DNA of 63,335 bases, from NCBI GenBank assembly GCA_028278665.1, contig JAQAJI010000030.1:1-63335 (forward strand). Direction: 5' to 3'. Shown piece after piece: positions 26,584 to 38,515 of this stretch (position 1 is the first letter of the stretch; the number at the start of each line of letters is the position of its first letter). Source of the DNA: Candidatus Rariloculus versatilis. Its GTDB lineage: Bacteria; Pseudomonadota; Gammaproteobacteria; Steroidobacterales; Rariloculaceae. A program made the translations under genes and the position numbers. The notes beneath the pieces were generated by a model. It worked only from the letters and a program-made list of their open reading frames with translations. It did not search any database and was not told the DNA's origin.

Positions 26584-28434
26584 ATGGCTGAGTTCCACTT
26601 CCTCAGGCCGTGGTGGCTCATTGCGCTGCCGTTCGGCGTCTGGCTGATCTGGCGGCTGTTCTGGGCCGAAGCCGGCCGAAAGAGCGGTTGGCGGGCCGTC
26701 GTCGATGAAGCGCTGCAACCCTACGTGCTCGGCCGGGTCGAGGCGCTCGTCAATCGGCGCTGGCCCATGCTCGTCGCGCTCCTGGCATGGCTGGCTGCGG
26801 TTCTCGCGCTCGCGGGGCCGACGTGGGATCGTATGCCGGTACCGGCCTTTCGTTCCGACGAGGCGCTCGTCGTCGTGTTCGACCTGTCCAGATCCATGGA
26901 CGCGGCCGATCTCGAGCCGAGCCGCCTGGACCGCGCAAAGGTCAAACTGTTGTCGCTGCTCGAGCGGCGCGCGAGCGGTCAGACGGCGCTCGTCGTGTTT
27001 TCGGCGCATGCGTTCACGGTGACGCCCCTGACGGCTGACACCGACACCATCGCGTCGCTCGTGGGGGCGCTCTCGAGCGACATCATGCCGAGCCGGGGCA
27101 GCCTCGCCGAAGCCGGTCTGCAGCGTGCCGGCATGCTGCTCCGGCAGACGGGACTGACCGCCGGCGAGGTCCTGCTCGTAACCGATACCGAGGTTTCGCC
27201 TCGGGCTCAGGACATCGTGCGCGAACTCAGGCAGGAGCGCTACATCACGCATGTGCTTGCCGTCGGGACGGAGGAAGGCGCGCCGATCCGAGAACCCGAC
27301 GGCGGCTTCGTCACGGACGCCTCGGGCCGCGTGGTCATACCGGGCGTCGACGTTGCCGCGCTGCGCAGCCTCGCGGCGGCCGGAGGCGGGCGGTTCGCGC
27401 GGCTCACGGCGAGCGAACGCGACCTCGAGCTGCTCTTCCCGGACACTGTCGGCGCGGGTTCGTTGCGCGGCGCGGCCGACGACGAGCAGGAATACGAGGC
27501 CGACATCTGGCGCGATCAGGGCGTCTGGCTCACGCTGGCGGCGCTGCCGTTTCTTGCGCTGATGTTCAGGCGCGGCTGGATCTGCGTGCTGCTCGTGGGG
27601 CTCGTCGCGCCGCTGCCGCGTGCCGAGGCCTTCGAATGGCGCGACCTGTGGGTACGCGCGGACCGGCAGGGCTTTGAGGCCATGCAGGCCGACGATCCGG
27701 ACCGGGCGCTCGCCCTCTTCGAGGATCCGGCCTGGCTCGGCGCTGCGCAGTATCGCGTCGGCGATTATTCGGGCAGCGTGGCGACGCTGAGCGAGCTGGA
27801 CAGCTCCGAAGCGAATTACAACCGCGGCAATGCCCTGGCCCGGTCCGGCGAGCTTGCGGGCGCGATTGAAGCCTACGACCGCACGCTGGTCCTTGACCCG
27901 GAACACGAGGACGCGCGCTTCAACCGCGAACTCGTGGCGGAACTCCTCGCGCAGATCGAACAGGAAAGCGAGGCGCAGAGCCGGCAGGGCGAGGAAGGTC
28001 AGCAGCAAAGCGATCCGAACGAGGAAGGCCGGAGTGACAGGACGGATGAAGCGTCCGAATCCGGCGAGCCTACCGACAGCGAGGACGGCAGTTCCGACCG
28101 TCAGCAGCGCTCCCAGGCCGACTCGTCGAACAGCCGCGACAGCGAGCAACGCGAGCCGTCGGACGATCCGGGCGAAAACGGTCAGGACCCTACAGAAGCG
28201 CTCGATGCCGCTGCCGGGGAAGAGGAGTCGCCCGACTTCGATCCCGACTCCCTGCCGGGGCCGGAGGAAATCGAGCAGTGGGCGTCCGAACAGGCCGCCG
28301 ACCAATGGCTCAGGCGCATACCGCAGGACCCGGGTGGACTGCTCAGGCGCAAGTTCCTGTATCAGTATCAGCGGCTCGGAGTGGATCAGGACGGCAACTT
28401 CGTCTGGCCGGGCGACGAGTCCGCGCCGTGGTAG
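26584..28434 (+). CDS. batB: VWA plus TPR protein (BatB with BatC-like TPR region fused)
   Basis: MAEFHFLRPWWLIALPF, VVVFDLSRSM, TPR-like NYNRGNALARSGELAGAIEAYDRTLVLDPEHEDARFN, then an acidic tail. Start trimmed to the ATG at 26584. Confidence 0.75.
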   Translation: MAEFHFLRPWWLIALPFGVWLIWRLFWAEAGRKSGWRAVVDEALQPYVLGRVEALVNRRWPMLVALLAWLAAVLALAGPTWDRMPVPAFRSDEALVVVFDLSRSMDAADLEPSRLDRAKVKLLSLLERRASGQTALVVFSAHAFTVTPLTADTDTIASLVGALSSDIMPSRGSLAEAGLQRAGMLLRQTGLTAGEVLLVTDTEVSPRAQDIVRELRQERYITHVLAVGTEEGAPIREPDGGFVTDASGRVVIPGVDVAALRSLAAAGGGRFARLTASERDLELLFPDTVGAGSLRGAADDEQEYEADIWRDQGVWLTLAALPFLALMFRRGWICVLLVGLVAPLPRAEAFEWRDLWVRADRQGFEAMQADDPDRALALFEDPAWLGAAQYRVGDYSGSVATLSELDSSEANYNRGNALARSGELAGAIEAYDRTLVLDPEHEDARFNRELVAELLAQIEQESEAQSRQGEEGQQQSDPNEEGRSDRTDEASESGEPTDSEDGSSDRQQRSQADSSNSRDSEQREPSDDPGENGQDPTEALDAAAGEEESPDFDPDSLPGPEEIEQWASEQAADQWLRRIPQDPGGLLRRKFLYQYQRLGVDQDGNFVWPGDESAPW

Positions 28435-28478
28435 CCGTGGCCGTTCGCGCTCTTGCCGGGCGGGCGAGACCGGGCCGT

Positions 28479-30131
28479 ATGCTCCGCCGAGCGCTCATCG
28501 GTGGATTGCTTGCTGCGGCGATGCTCACCGCGCATGCCCAGGACACGCTCGTCCGGGCAAGCGTCGATCGGGCGACCGTACGCGAGAACGAGTCCTTCAC
28601 CTACTCGATCGTCGCCGAAGGCAGTGTCCGCGACGATCCGGACACCAGCGCCATCGAGCAGCAGTTCGATGTCCTGAGCCGCTCCAGCCGAACGCGCATC
28701 GAGATCGTCAACACCCAGCGCCGCCAGGTCGTCGAATGGGACTTCGAGCTCTTTCCGACCGGGGCGGGCAACTTTGTGCTGCCGCCGAGTTACGTCGCGG
28801 GAGCGGCATCCAACACGGTCGAGGTGGAGATCCTGCCCGCTCCGGTGTCCGACGAGGAGCTGCCCGACGTTTTCATCGAAGTCGATGCAGAACCGTCGGC
28901 ACCGTATGTGCAGGCGCAGGTCCTCTATACGCTCAGGTTGTTCGTCGGCGTCAACACGGGCCGCGCGACGCTGACGGCGCCTCGGGTCAGCGGCGGTGAG
29001 GCGATCGTCGAGCGTCTCGGCGAGGATCGCCAGTACCAGACCACTCGCGCCGGCAGGAGCTTCTCCGTGCGAGAGCGGCGCTACGCGATATTCCCGCAGC
29101 AGACGGGCACTTTGAGCGTGGGTCCCGCCACCTTCGAAGCGATGGTCGTCCCGACGCGCGGTTTCTCGAGAGTCCAGCGACTGCGTTCGGATTCGCTCGA
29201 AATCGACGTCAGACCCGCCGTCGCTCCGCCGCCCGAGTTTCCGGACGCCGTCTGGCTGCCGGCGCGCGCCCTGACGCTCACGCAGGACTGGGTTGACGAG
29301 CAGGGCCGGTTCTCGCTCGGCGTACCGCGCACCCGCCTGTTGACCGTCGAGGCCGATGGCGTGCTCGAGACGCAAATCCCCGAACTGGTTCTCGCAACGG
29401 CGGCCGGGATCAGGCAATACCCGGATCAGCCGGAGCTCGACCGGCGGACATCCGAGCAGGGCGTACAGGGCCGGCGGGTCGAGCGATACGCCGTCATTGC
29501 CCAGAACACGGGCGAGATCGAGATTCCGGGGCAGGAACTCGTGTGGTGGAACGTCGATGAGGCGCGCTGGGACATCGCCGGTATCGAACCGACAGTCGTT
29601 GCCGTACTGCCCGGAATCGAACCCGTATTGGACGAACCCGTTCCAGACACCTCGGAAGCGTCACAGGGCGCTCAGCCGGCGCCGCCTGCAACGAACTACT
29701 GGACACTCGTCAGCGCCGTCCTCGCGGCAGCCTGGCTCGTGACCCTTGTGGCGTGGCTCAGAACCCGGTCGGCAGACCGGGCGGCAGGCGTTCAGCCCGC
29801 ACGGGCCCCGCGCCGTTCGAAGAACCGGCGACTGCTGCGCAAGCTGCGCGCAGCGTGCGAAGAGAACGATGCCGCCGCTGCGCACGGCCTCCTGCTGCAG
29901 TGGGCCGAACTGCGGTTTCCCGAGTCGCCGCCGCAGAGCCTTGGCGTATTGGCCGGCCGGCTGCCGCCGGCGGTTGCCGCCGAAATCGCCGTGCTCGAAG
30001 CCTGCGTCTACGGGACGGGCGCCGAGGACTTCAACGGCAAGGGTCTGGCGGCTGCGCTCAAGGGCGTGGATGCGGTCGCCAGGGCAGGCTCGAATGACAA
30101 GCCCGACCCGTTGCTGCCGCTTTATCGTTGA
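28479..30131 (+). CDS. batD: BatD-family (oxygen tolerance) protein
   Basis: Signal peptide MLRRALIGGLLAAAMLTAHAQ, then VDRATVRENESFTYSIVAEG and a late TM segment (YWTLVSAVLAAAWLVTLVAWL). Start trimmed to the ATG at 28479. Confidence 0.7.
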   Translation: MLRRALIGGLLAAAMLTAHAQDTLVRASVDRATVRENESFTYSIVAEGSVRDDPDTSAIEQQFDVLSRSSRTRIEIVNTQRRQVVEWDFELFPTGAGNFVLPPSYVAGAASNTVEVEILPAPVSDEELPDVFIEVDAEPSAPYVQAQVLYTLRLFVGVNTGRATLTAPRVSGGEAIVERLGEDRQYQTTRAGRSFSVRERRYAIFPQQTGTLSVGPATFEAMVVPTRGFSRVQRLRSDSLEIDVRPAVAPPPEFPDAVWLPARALTLTQDWVDEQGRFSLGVPRTRLLTVEADGVLETQIPELVLATAAGIRQYPDQPELDRRTSEQGVQGRRVERYAVIAQNTGEIEIPGQELVWWNVDEARWDIAGIEPTVVAVLPGIEPVLDEPVPDTSEASQGAQPAPPATNYWTLVSAVLAAAWLVTLVAWLRTRSADRAAGVQPARAPRRSKNRRLLRKLRAACEENDAAAAHGLLLQWAELRFPESPPQSLGVLAGRLPPAVAAEIAVLEACVYGTGAEDFNGKGLAAALKGVDAVARAGSNDKPDPLLPLYR

Positions 30132-30364
30132 AGAGCGCGTTGTGCGGGCGCGGCCAGCGCAAGCCGTCACCGGCGCGACGCCATTGACTGTCGAACAAAC
30201 CTCTGAAAATCATTGGCAATTCGCCATATAAAGCGCGGCTTGGTGCAATTTTCGGGTTGGCCGCGCCCGGTTCGTTTGCAGCACACGACGCGTGGGGCCG
30301 TCGGAGTATTCCGTAGTCGAAAACAGCTTGTTGTATTCGGACCCTGCGCGCGAGGATGCCGGCG

Positions 30365-30784
30365 CTACCAGATGCCCGTATTTTCCATCGAATGCCAAGG
30401 CTCGGCGGGAGCCAATGCGGCGCCCTTCTGCAGCAGCTCGATCGAGATATTGTCGGGCGAGCGAATGAACGCCATCTTCCCGTCCCGGGGCGGCCGGTTG
30501 ATCGTGACACCGACATCCATGAGCCGCTGGCAGGTCTCATAGATGTCCTCCACTTCGTAGGCCACGTGACCGAAATTTCGGCCTTCGCCGTACGGTTCCG
30601 GATCCCAGTTGAAGGTCAGTTCGAGCGCGCAGTCTTCCTGTCCTTCGGCCGCGACGAAAACCAGCGTGAACCGCCCGGCTTCGTGGTCATGGCGGCCCAC
30701 TTCCCTGAGCCCGAGCTTGTTGCAGTAGAAGTCGAGGGATGCCTCGAGATCAGTGACCCTTACCATTGTGTGCAGATACCGCAC
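30365..30784 (-). CDS. gloA: lactoylglutathione lyase (glyoxalase I)
   Basis: (V)[25 protein letters not shown]...ELTFNW...GHVAYEV...IELLQ aligns in my memory with E. coli GloA starting MRLLHTMLRV. I chose GTG 30784 over GTG 30802. Confidence 0.85.
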   Translation of the reverse strand: MRYLHTMVRVTDLEASLDFYCNKLGLREVGRHDHEAGRFTLVFVAAEGQEDCALELTFNWDPEPYGEGRNFGHVAYEVEDIYETCQRLMDVGVTINRPPRDGKMAFIRSPDNISIELLQKGAALAPAEPWHSMENTGIW

Positions 30785-31027
30785 GGCCTGTCCCCATTTC
30801 ACGATCGCCAGGCGCAGAGCATACCCCGTGGGCGGCCGCCGCTGAAGGATCGGGAAACCTGAGCGTTGTCCCGGTCAACGCCCGAAGACCACGCGGCCGC
30901 TCGCCAGCAACCGCCATGGAGCTGCGCGCCGGGGTCTGCCGGCCTCTTCGATAACTGGCTTACCGTACTGCTGATGCCGGGGAACCTGGCGAGGCGCCCG
31001 CTCTCGCCGGTCCGTTCGGCGCCGGCG

Positions 31028-32473
31028 TCATTCGCGCTGCGGCTCGATCCTGACGTCGATCCGCCGGTTGCGGGCGCGGCCGGCCCCCGTTTCGTTGTTC
31101 GCGATCGGCCGCGTCTCGCCGTAGCCGACCGCGCTGATGCGAAACGCCGGTACGCCGAGTTCGCTCGAGAGATACTCGCTGACGGCCTCAGCCCGTCGCC
31201 GCGACAGGCTGAGGTTCGACACGTCGCCGCCATAGGAATCGGTGTGCCCCTCGACGATGATCTGCGAGCGCGGAAACACGGAGGCTGCCCGGGCAATCTT
31301 GTCGAGCAATCCACGAAACTCGGCCTGGACCCGGGATTCGCCGCTCGCGAAGTTCAACGCGACGAGACGGATCACGACATCGTCGCCTTCGCGCAGCACG
31401 CGCGCTTCGTCACGCGTGAACATGGCGGTGACCGTATCGAACTGCTCCCTGATTCGTGCTTCGGCTTCGAGCCGCTGCACGAGTGCCACGCGTTCCTGCG
31501 TAATCCCGCCGAGACGTTCGTCGAGGTCGCGAATCTCCTCTTCGAGATCCGCCACCCGAACGCGCATCGCTTCGAGGTTGAGCTCGGACTGACGCGAGCG
31601 CTCGCGCAGTTCGTCGATGAAGCCGACGAGTTGCGTCACGATGGGTTCGACGCCGGTGTCGAAGCGCGCAACGAGGTCTGCGGCCGCGGCGACGCGCTCG
31701 AGCGGTTGCTCGTAACTCAGGATGAGGTCTTCTTCCGAAATGTCCTCGCCGCGGATCGCCATGACCTGCTCGGCGAGCGAGAGGGCGTGACGTGCTTCGT
31801 AATTCGCGTGCTGGGCGAGGCTGCGCGGCAGATCGGTGTCATAACGGTTCTCGTTGAGCTCCCTTTCGGCCTGTTCGAGCAGAGCGCGGGCGCGCTCGAA
31901 GGTGATCGGCGCGTAGCGCGGGACGTTGGCTTGTCGCGCCTGCGCGAGCAGTGCGCGCGTCTGGCTCAGGTACTGAGCCTTGATCGCGGTGAGTTCGGCG
32001 TCGCGGTAGAGAACCTCGGCTTCCTCGGCGCGCTCGCGCGTGTTCGGGATGTCGCCGGCTTCAAGCCGCCGGGCCGCGCCGTCGAACGTGTCCTCCGCCT
32101 CGTTCCAGAGCTCAACGGCAAACGTCTCGGCGTTCGCGTTGCTTGCGTCGTCACGGATCTTGATCAGGGCGGCCAGGGTGACGCTTGCGAGTTCCGCGGC
32201 CTCCGCGGCCTGCGAGAAGCGCTCCGCCGCCGTGGCAAGCGAATTGCGGATGCGCTCGAGGCTTCTGCCGCGCTCGAGATCGGCTTCGGCGTCGCGGTAG
32301 GCATCGAGGCCGCGGTCGTAACTCTGGGGCGCCAGGAGCTCCGCGTTGGCTGCCCGGGCCGCCTCCAATGCGAGATCGGCTTGCTCGAACAGGGCGTCGC
32401 GCACATCCTGGGCGCTTGCGATCGCAATCACGCCGAAGCAGATGGCAAATGGCAGCCAGTTCTTCGTGGGCAT
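31028..32473 (-). CDS. OmpA-family protein with long coiled-coil N-terminal region
   Basis: Signal peptide MPTKNWLPFAICFGVIAIASAQ. C-terminal VEGHTDSYGGDVSNLSLSRRRAEAVSEYL...VGYGETRPIANNETGAGRARNRRIDVRI. Confidence 0.8.
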   Translation of the reverse strand: MPTKNWLPFAICFGVIAIASAQDVRDALFEQADLALEAARAANAELLAPQSYDRGLDAYRDAEADLERGRSLERIRNSLATAAERFSQAAEAAELASVTLAALIKIRDDASNANAETFAVELWNEAEDTFDGAARRLEAGDIPNTRERAEEAEVLYRDAELTAIKAQYLSQTRALLAQARQANVPRYAPITFERARALLEQAERELNENRYDTDLPRSLAQHANYEARHALSLAEQVMAIRGEDISEEDLILSYEQPLERVAAAADLVARFDTGVEPIVTQLVGFIDELRERSRQSELNLEAMRVRVADLEEEIRDLDERLGGITQERVALVQRLEAEARIREQFDTVTAMFTRDEARVLREGDDVVIRLVALNFASGESRVQAEFRGLLDKIARAASVFPRSQIIVEGHTDSYGGDVSNLSLSRRRAEAVSEYLSSELGVPAFRISAVGYGETRPIANNETGAGRARNRRIDVRIEPQRE

Positions 32474-32536
32474 TGGCTCGCTCCCGACAAACCGTGAGAT
32501 ACTTCACGACCCCGTACTTGAATCATATCAGTCCAG

Positions 32537-33523
32537 GTGAGTGAGTTTCGCGGCGTTCCCGTAACCGTTTCGGGCGCCAAGTACCGCACCGCGCAAGGTT
32601 TCTCCGCGATCAAGAACGGCGTGAAGCGCCGCGCGGGGTCCGACGGTGCGGCGCCGTTGCCCAAGCCCCCGTGGCTCAAGGCACGGTTCCCGGGCGGCCA
32701 GAAGTATGCGTCGGTGCAGCGTACCGTTCGCACGCATCGCCTCGCGACGGTCTGCGAGGAGTCGATGTGCCCGAACATCGGCGAGTGCTGGGCCAATGGC
32801 ACGGCGACGCTCATGCTCATGGGCGCGGTCTGCACGCGGGCCTGCCGCTTCTGTGCGGTCGATACGGGCAACCCCGGAGGCTGGCTCGACGCGGAGGAAC
32901 CCGCCAACTGCGCGCGCTCGGTCGAGCTCATGGGATTGGAATACGTCGTTTTGACATCGGTGGATCGCGACGATCTGGCCGATGGCGGAGCAGGGCACTA
33001 CGCGGCATGTGTGCGCGCCGTCAAGCAGACATGCCCGGAGACGGCCGTCGAGGCGTTGACGCCGGATTTCTCCGGCCGGTTCGCCGATGTCGAAACCGTG
33101 ATCGATTCCGGTGTTGACGTCTTCGCGCAGAATCTCGAGACGGTCGAGCGCCTGACGCGCCGCGTCAGGGACCCGCGCGCCGGGTATTCGCAGACGCTGT
33201 CTGTACTCGGGCAAGCGAAGCGCTACCGCCCGCGGGTCCTGACCAAGACCAGCCTGATGCTCGGTCTCGGCGAGACCGATCGCGAGATCGTCGAGGCGAT
33301 GGATGACCTCAGCGACGCCAGCGTCGACATCCTGACTTTCGGTCAGTACCTGCAGCCGACGCGCAATCATCTGCCCGTCGAGCGCTATGTGCATCCGGAC
33401 GAATTCGCCCGCTATCGGCGATGGGGACTCGAGCGCGGATTCATGGAAGTCGTGGCCGGGCCGTTGGTTCGCTCCAGTTACCGCGCCGAGCGCGTCTTTC
33501 AGAAAAACAACGTGGGCCTTTGA
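32537..33523 (+). CDS. lipA: lipoyl synthase
   Basis: [13 protein letters not shown] and [10 protein letters not shown] cysteine clusters, and PDFSG. Confidence 0.9.
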   Translation: MSEFRGVPVTVSGAKYRTAQGFSAIKNGVKRRAGSDGAAPLPKPPWLKARFPGGQKYASVQRTVRTHRLATVCEESMCPNIGECWANGTATLMLMGAVCTRACRFCAVDTGNPGGWLDAEEPANCARSVELMGLEYVVLTSVDRDDLADGGAGHYAACVRAVKQTCPETAVEALTPDFSGRFADVETVIDSGVDVFAQNLETVERLTRRVRDPRAGYSQTLSVLGQAKRYRPRVLTKTSLMLGLGETDREIVEAMDDLSDASVDILTFGQYLQPTRNHLPVERYVHPDEFARYRRWGLERGFMEVVAGPLVRSSYRAERVFQKNNVGL

Positions 33524-33526
33524 TCG

Positions 33527-34504
33527 ATGGCCGAGTTTCTTGCCGAATTCGGCATGTTCGCGCTGCAGCTTGTGACCATCGTGGTGCTGGTAGCGATCGC
33601 AATAGTCTTCGTTACCACTTCCGCGCGCCGTTCCGGACACCCCGACGGCATCACGGTCAAGCACCTGAACAGGCAGTTCGAGGACGCGGCGAACGTGGTC
33701 AGGCGCGCCGTGCTCGGCAAGGACGCTTTCCGCAAGGAAGCCAGGGCGGCGAAGAAGCTTCGAAAGAAGCGAAAACGCAGCAAGGACGAGAAGCGGCAGC
33801 GGATCTTCGTGCTCGACTTCAAGGGCGATCTGCGCGCCTCGGCGACCGCGTCGCTGCGCGAGGAAGTTTCGGCGGTACTCGCCGTCGCGAAGGAGGGCGA
33901 CCAGGTCCTGCTGCGGCTTGAGAACGCGGGAGGCGCGGTACACGAGCATGGGCTCGCCGCCTCGCAGTTGATGCGGATTAAGCAGCGCGGACTGCCTTTG
34001 CTGATCGCGGTCGACAAGGTCGCGGCGAGCGGCGGCTACCTCATGGCCTGCGTGGCGGACCGGCTCATGTCCGCGCCGTTCGCGATCATCGGCTCGATCG
34101 GCGTGCTCGCCCAGTTGCCGAACTTCCGTCGACTGCTCCAGGACAAGGGCATCGATTTCGAGCAGATCACGGCCGGCAAGTACAAGCGGACCCTGACGCT
34201 GTTCGGCGAAAACACGACCGAAGGGCGCGAAAAGCTCAAGGAAGAGCTCGAGGAGGTGCACGAACTGTTCAAGAGCGAGATCGCCGAGCATCGCCCGCAG
34301 GTCGAACTCGACCGCGTCGCCACGGGCGAATACTGGTACGGCACGCGGGCTCTCGACCTCAAGCTGGTCGACGAGATCGGCACGAGCGACGACTTCCTCG
34401 CCGAAGCCGCCGGGGAGAACGATCTCTACCAGGTCGCATTCAAGCGGCGCCGGACCTTCCCCGAACGGCTGCGGGCGGGTGCGGAGAGCCTTCTCGGGAG
34501 CTGA
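33527..34504 (+). CDS. sohB: S49-family protease SohB
   Basis: N-terminal TM, basic linker KKLRKKRKRSKDEKR, and peptidase block VDKVAASGGYLMAC. Confidence 0.8.
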   Translation: MAEFLAEFGMFALQLVTIVVLVAIAIVFVTTSARRSGHPDGITVKHLNRQFEDAANVVRRAVLGKDAFRKEARAAKKLRKKRKRSKDEKRQRIFVLDFKGDLRASATASLREEVSAVLAVAKEGDQVLLRLENAGGAVHEHGLAASQLMRIKQRGLPLLIAVDKVAASGGYLMACVADRLMSAPFAIIGSIGVLAQLPNFRRLLQDKGIDFEQITAGKYKRTLTLFGENTTEGREKLKEELEEVHELFKSEIAEHRPQVELDRVATGEYWYGTRALDLKLVDEIGTSDDFLAEAAGENDLYQVAFKRRRTFPERLRAGAESLLGS

Positions 34505-34669
34505 GTTCCAGCTTACTCAAGCTCTCCCGCAGGCATGCGGGGAGGTGCGCAGCCCGTCGCTCGAGACACGCGGTAAATACAACCATGTACGCTCCGCGCG
34601 CGCATCCCTGCGGGCGAGAGTCTCAAGCGACCGGCAGCACACCTCCCCTTGACGTTCGCGGCAGGCGTG

Positions 34670-37600
34670 TCAGCCACGCGGTGCACCGAAGCCGCCGCCT
34701 CCCGGCGTTTCGATCACGATGCAGTCGCCCGGTCCGAGTTCGAACTCGGCCGCGGCCGGGAGTGGCTCTACGTCTCCGGAGGCACGCACGACGGCGTTCT
34801 TCCCCGGCGCGCCGTCGCAGCCGCCCGCAAGGCCGAACGGCGCGACCCGTCGGCGATTGGACAGGATCGCGCCTCGCATCGCGCGTAGCGACTCGATCTC
34901 CCGGATCACGCCGTCGCCGCCGCGATGCTCGCCGTCGCCGCCCGATCCGCTGCGGACCTCGAAGCGCCGCAGGCGCACCGGGTATCGCCACTCGAGTACC
35001 TCCGGATCGGTCAGCCGCGAGTTGGTCATGTGCGTGTGGACCGCACTCGCGCCGTCGAAGCCCGGGCCCGCACCGGCGCCGCCGCAAATGGTCTCGTAGT
35101 ACTGGTAGCGGTCGTCGCCGAAGGTGAGGTTGTTCATCGTGCCCTGCGCCGCGGCCGCGACGCCGAGCGCGCCAAGCAGCGCGTCGGTGATGCACTGCGA
35201 AGTTTCGACGTTCCCCGCGACGACCGCGGCCGGATGACGCGGGTTGACGAGGCTCGATTCCGGCAGCCGGATTGTCAGCGGCTTCAGGCAGCCTTCGTTG
35301 AGGGGGATCGCGTCGGCGACCAGCGTCCTGAATACGTACAGCACCGCCGCCCGCGCGACCGAGGCGGGCGCGTTGAAGTTGCCGGGGCTCGCGGCGCTCG
35401 TGCCCGCGAAGTCGATGATCGCTTCGCGCGTGCTCGGATCGATCGTTACCGTGACGACGATGCGTTCGCCGGAGTCCAGTTCCAGTGACCAGCGCCCGTC
35501 GCGAAGAGCCGCAATCGCGTCGCGCACGCAGGTCTCGGCGTTGCGCTTGATGTGGGTCATGTAGGCGTGCACGACGTCGATGCCGAAGCGCTTGACCATC
35601 CTCGCAAGCTCGGCGATGCCCTTGGTATTCGCGGCGATCTGGGCCTTGAGGTCGGCGACGTTGCGGTCGGGATTGCGCGCCGGCCACGCGCTGGCAGCGA
35701 ACGCGGCCCTGACCGCCCGTTCGTCGAAGCGACCGTCGCCGACGATGCGCAGGTTGTCGAGGACCACGCCTTCCTCCTCGATCGAACGGCTCGTGGCCGG
35801 CATCGATCCCGGCGTGATGCCGCCGACGTCGGCGTGATGGGCGCGGTTGGCGACCACGAACCGCAGGTCCTTGCCGCCCTCATCGAAAACCGGGGCGACA
35901 ACGGTGATGTCGGGCAGATGCGTGCCGCCGTTGTAGGGTGCGTTCAGCATCCAGGCGTCGCCCGGCCGCATCGCGTCGCGATTGGCGTTCAGCACGGTGC
36001 GCACGCTGTCGCCCATCGAGCCCAGATGCACGGGCAGGTGCGGCGCGTTGGCGATGAGTTCGCCGGCGCCGTCAAATACGGCGCAGGAGAAGTCGACGCG
36101 TTCCTTGATGTTGACCGAGTGGGCCGTGTTTTGCAGCACGACACCCATCTGCTCGGCGATGTGCATGAACAGGTTGTTGAATACCTCGAGCATGATCGGA
36201 TCGCTTTCGCGGCCGATGCGCTCGCGCAGTTCGCGGGGTGTTGCCCGGTCGAGCACCAGGTAGCCGCGCGAGTCGACCTCAGCTCGCCAGTCGGGTTCGA
36301 CCACCGTTGTGGCGTTCGCCTCCACGATGATCGCCGGGCCCGCGATGGCCGCGCCCGCACCGAGCGCCGTGCGCTCGTACACCGGGGCCTCGGTCCAGGC
36401 GTCGGCCATCCAGACCCGCGCGCGGGCGACCGGCTCGATCGCGCCCGGGCCCGCGGAAAGTTCCGCTTCCGGTGGTTTGGCTGTCACGCCGACCGCTTCG
36501 ACCTCGATCGACTCGACAACGACCTCCTCGTCATCGATGACGAAACCGAAATGCCGCTCGTGTGTGCGCCTGAAATCGTCGAGGGTCTTCTCGATCGGCG
36601 TGCCGGGTTCCCAGGCGACCGGCAGTGTGGTGTCGGAACCGTGAATCTTGAGGAAAAGCCGCGCGTCGACTTCGATCCGCCCGGTCGGCACGCGCTGGGC
36701 TGCGATTTCCGCCGTCGCTTCGTCGCCGAGCGTCGTGCGAAGCTCCCCGAGCCGCTTGAGGCAGCGGGTGTCGAACGCGGCCTCCACGGCGCGCTGCCTG
36801 ACGCTGCGCAGATCCGCAACGCCCATGCCGTAGGCCGACAGCACACCTGCGAGCGGGTGGATCAATACCGTGTCGATGCCAAGCGCGTCGGCGACCTGAC
36901 CGGCGTGCTGGCCGGCCGCACCGCCAAAACACGACATGGCGAAACGCGTCACGTCGTGACCGCGCTGTATCGAGATCTGCTTGATCGCGTTCGCCATGCG
37001 TTCCACGGCGATGCGCAGAAAGCCGGCAGCCAGCGCTTCGGGAGCGATGCGTTCGCCGTTCTCATCGGCGATGCGCTCGGCGAGCGCGGCGAATTCCCTG
37101 GCCGGGCGTGCCGCGTCGATCGGTTCGTCGGCGTTCGGACCGAACGCGGCCGGGAAGAACCCGGGCTGGATCCGGCCGAGAAAGACGTTCGCGTCCGTCA
37201 CGGTCAGGGGGCCGTCGTTGCGGTAACAGGCAGGTCCGGGGAACGCGCCGGCGGATTCCGGGCCGACCTGCAGCCGCCCGGAAGCGAACTTGAGGATCGA
37301 GCCGCCGCCGGCCGCCACCGTGTGAATGCGCATCATGGGCGCCGCGATCCGTACCCCCGCGACGACGGCCGATGCCGTCCGTTCGTAGCGTTCGTCGAAC
37401 AGCGACACGTCGGTCGAGGTCCCGCCCATGTCGAAGCCGATGACGCGCGCGTATCCCGCCGCGGCTGCCGAACTGGCCATGCCGACGACGCCTCCGGCGG
37501 GCCCGGAGAGCACGCAGTCCTTGCCCCGGAACTGCCGTGCCTCGATCAATCCGCCGTGACTTTGCATGAAGAGCAGCGCCGCGTCGTTGCGGTGTTCCGC

Positions 37601-38287
37601 GAGCCCCGCCGAGAGCGTGTCGATGTAACGTTTGAGCACGGGCGTGAGGTAGGCGTCAACGAGCGTGGTATCGCCGCGCGGCACGAGCTTCATGAGGGGA
37701 TTGATCCGGTGCGACACCGAGATCTGGCCGAACCCGACGCTTTGCGCGATCTCCGCGATCCGCTCTTCGTGGCGCGGAAACGCGTAGCCGTGCAACAAGA
37801 CGATCGCGACGCTGTCGAAGCCCGCTTCGCGGGCGGCTTGGAGATCGGCCGTTATTCGGTCTTCGTCGAGCGCTGTGACGACCTCACCGTCGGCGGCCAG
37901 GCGCTCGCGCGCTTCGACGACCCTGCTGTAGAGCATCTCCGGCAAGCGGATGTCGAGCGCGAAGATGTCCGGCCGTTGCTGCGTTGCGATCCGGATCGCG
38001 TCGCCGAGCCCCGCGGTGGTGACGAGTAACGTCGGTTCGCCGCGCCGCTCGAGCAGCGCGTTCGTCCCCACCGTCGTGCCCATCCTGATCGAGACGGCAG
38101 CGCCTGGCGCGGGCGCCCGGCCCAGGAAATGCTCGATGCCGGCGAGGGCCGCATCGCTGTAGCGGCCCGGGTTGTCCGACAGGAGTTTGAGCGAACCGAG
38201 CGAACCGTCCGGCGCGATCGCGACGATGTCGGTGAACGTCCCGCCGCGATCGATCAGAAACTGCCAGGCTGCCTGTTTTGTCGCCAT
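34670..38287 (-). CDS. fused hydantoinase A/B-type 5-oxoprolinase (ATP-hydrolysing)
   Basis: 1205 aa. The N-terminal half begins [16 protein letters not shown] (HyuA-type). The C-terminal half has [12 protein letters not shown]... and GGGFGAP (HyuB-type). Confidence 0.85.
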   Translation of the reverse strand: MATKQAAWQFLIDRGGTFTDIVAIAPDGSLGSLKLLSDNPGRYSDAALAGIEHFLGRAPAPGAAVSIRMGTTVGTNALLERRGEPTLLVTTAGLGDAIRIATQQRPDIFALDIRLPEMLYSRVVEARERLAADGEVVTALDEDRITADLQAAREAGFDSVAIVLLHGYAFPRHEERIAEIAQSVGFGQISVSHRINPLMKLVPRGDTTLVDAYLTPVLKRYIDTLSAGLAEHRNDAALLFMQSHGGLIEARQFRGKDCVLSGPAGGVVGMASSAAAAGYARVIGFDMGGTSTDVSLFDERYERTASAVVAGVRIAAPMMRIHTVAAGGGSILKFASGRLQVGPESAGAFPGPACYRNDGPLTVTDANVFLGRIQPGFFPAAFGPNADEPIDAARPAREFAALAERIADENGERIAPEALAAGFLRIAVERMANAIKQISIQRGHDVTRFAMSCFGGAAGQHAGQVADALGIDTVLIHPLAGVLSAYGMGVADLRSVRQRAVEAAFDTRCLKRLGELRTTLGDEATAEIAAQRVPTGRIEVDARLFLKIHGSDTTLPVAWEPGTPIEKTLDDFRRTHERHFGFVIDDEEVVVESIEVEAVGVTAKPPEAELSAGPGAIEPVARARVWMADAWTEAPVYERTALGAGAAIAGPAIIVEANATTVVEPDWRAEVDSRGYLVLDRATPRELRERIGRESDPIMLEVFNNLFMHIAEQMGVVLQNTAHSVNIKERVDFSCAVFDGAGELIANAPHLPVHLGSMGDSVRTVLNANRDAMRPGDAWMLNAPYNGGTHLPDITVVAPVFDEGGKDLRFVVANRAHHADVGGITPGSMPATSRSIEEEGVVLDNLRIVGDGRFDERAVRAAFAASAWPARNPDRNVADLKAQIAANTKGIAELARMVKRFGIDVVHAYMTHIKRNAETCVRDAIAALRDGRWSLELDSGERIVVTVTIDPSTREAIIDFAGTSAASPGNFNAPASVARAAVLYVFRTLVADAIPLNEGCLKPLTIRLPESSLVNPRHPAAVVAGNVETSQCITDALLGALGVAAAAQGTMNNLTFGDDRYQYYETICGGAGAGPGFDGASAVHTHMTNSRLTDPEVLEWRYPVRLRRFEVRSGSGGDGEHRGGDGVIREIESLRAMRGAILSNRRRVAPFGLAGGCDGAPGKNAVVRASGDVEPLPAAAEFELGPGDCIVIETPGGGGFGAPRG

Positions 38288-38485
38288 GAACTACCGCAGG
38301 AGATCGGAGTGCCGCAAGCGCGCCGCAGCGGTTTCTCTGCAACGCGTGGGTTCGCCGCGCGGCCGGAAATCTGCAGTGCCGATTGCCGCCCCGCATATCT
38401 CTCCAAGCCGCGACTTACCATGGAGCATAACGGGTGAATTGCTGGCGTTTGCGAGACGACCAGGCGCGTCGCGCCGGTGAACGCT

Positions 38486-38515
38486 CTCGCGACTTCCTAC
38501 GGCGCAGGCTCCTAG
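38486..38515. mobile_element. MITE terminal fragment
   Basis: CTCGCGACTTCCTACGGCGCAGGCTCCTAG is one terminal repeat. Its CTAG contains the stop codon of the EF-G paralogue. Confidence 0.45.
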
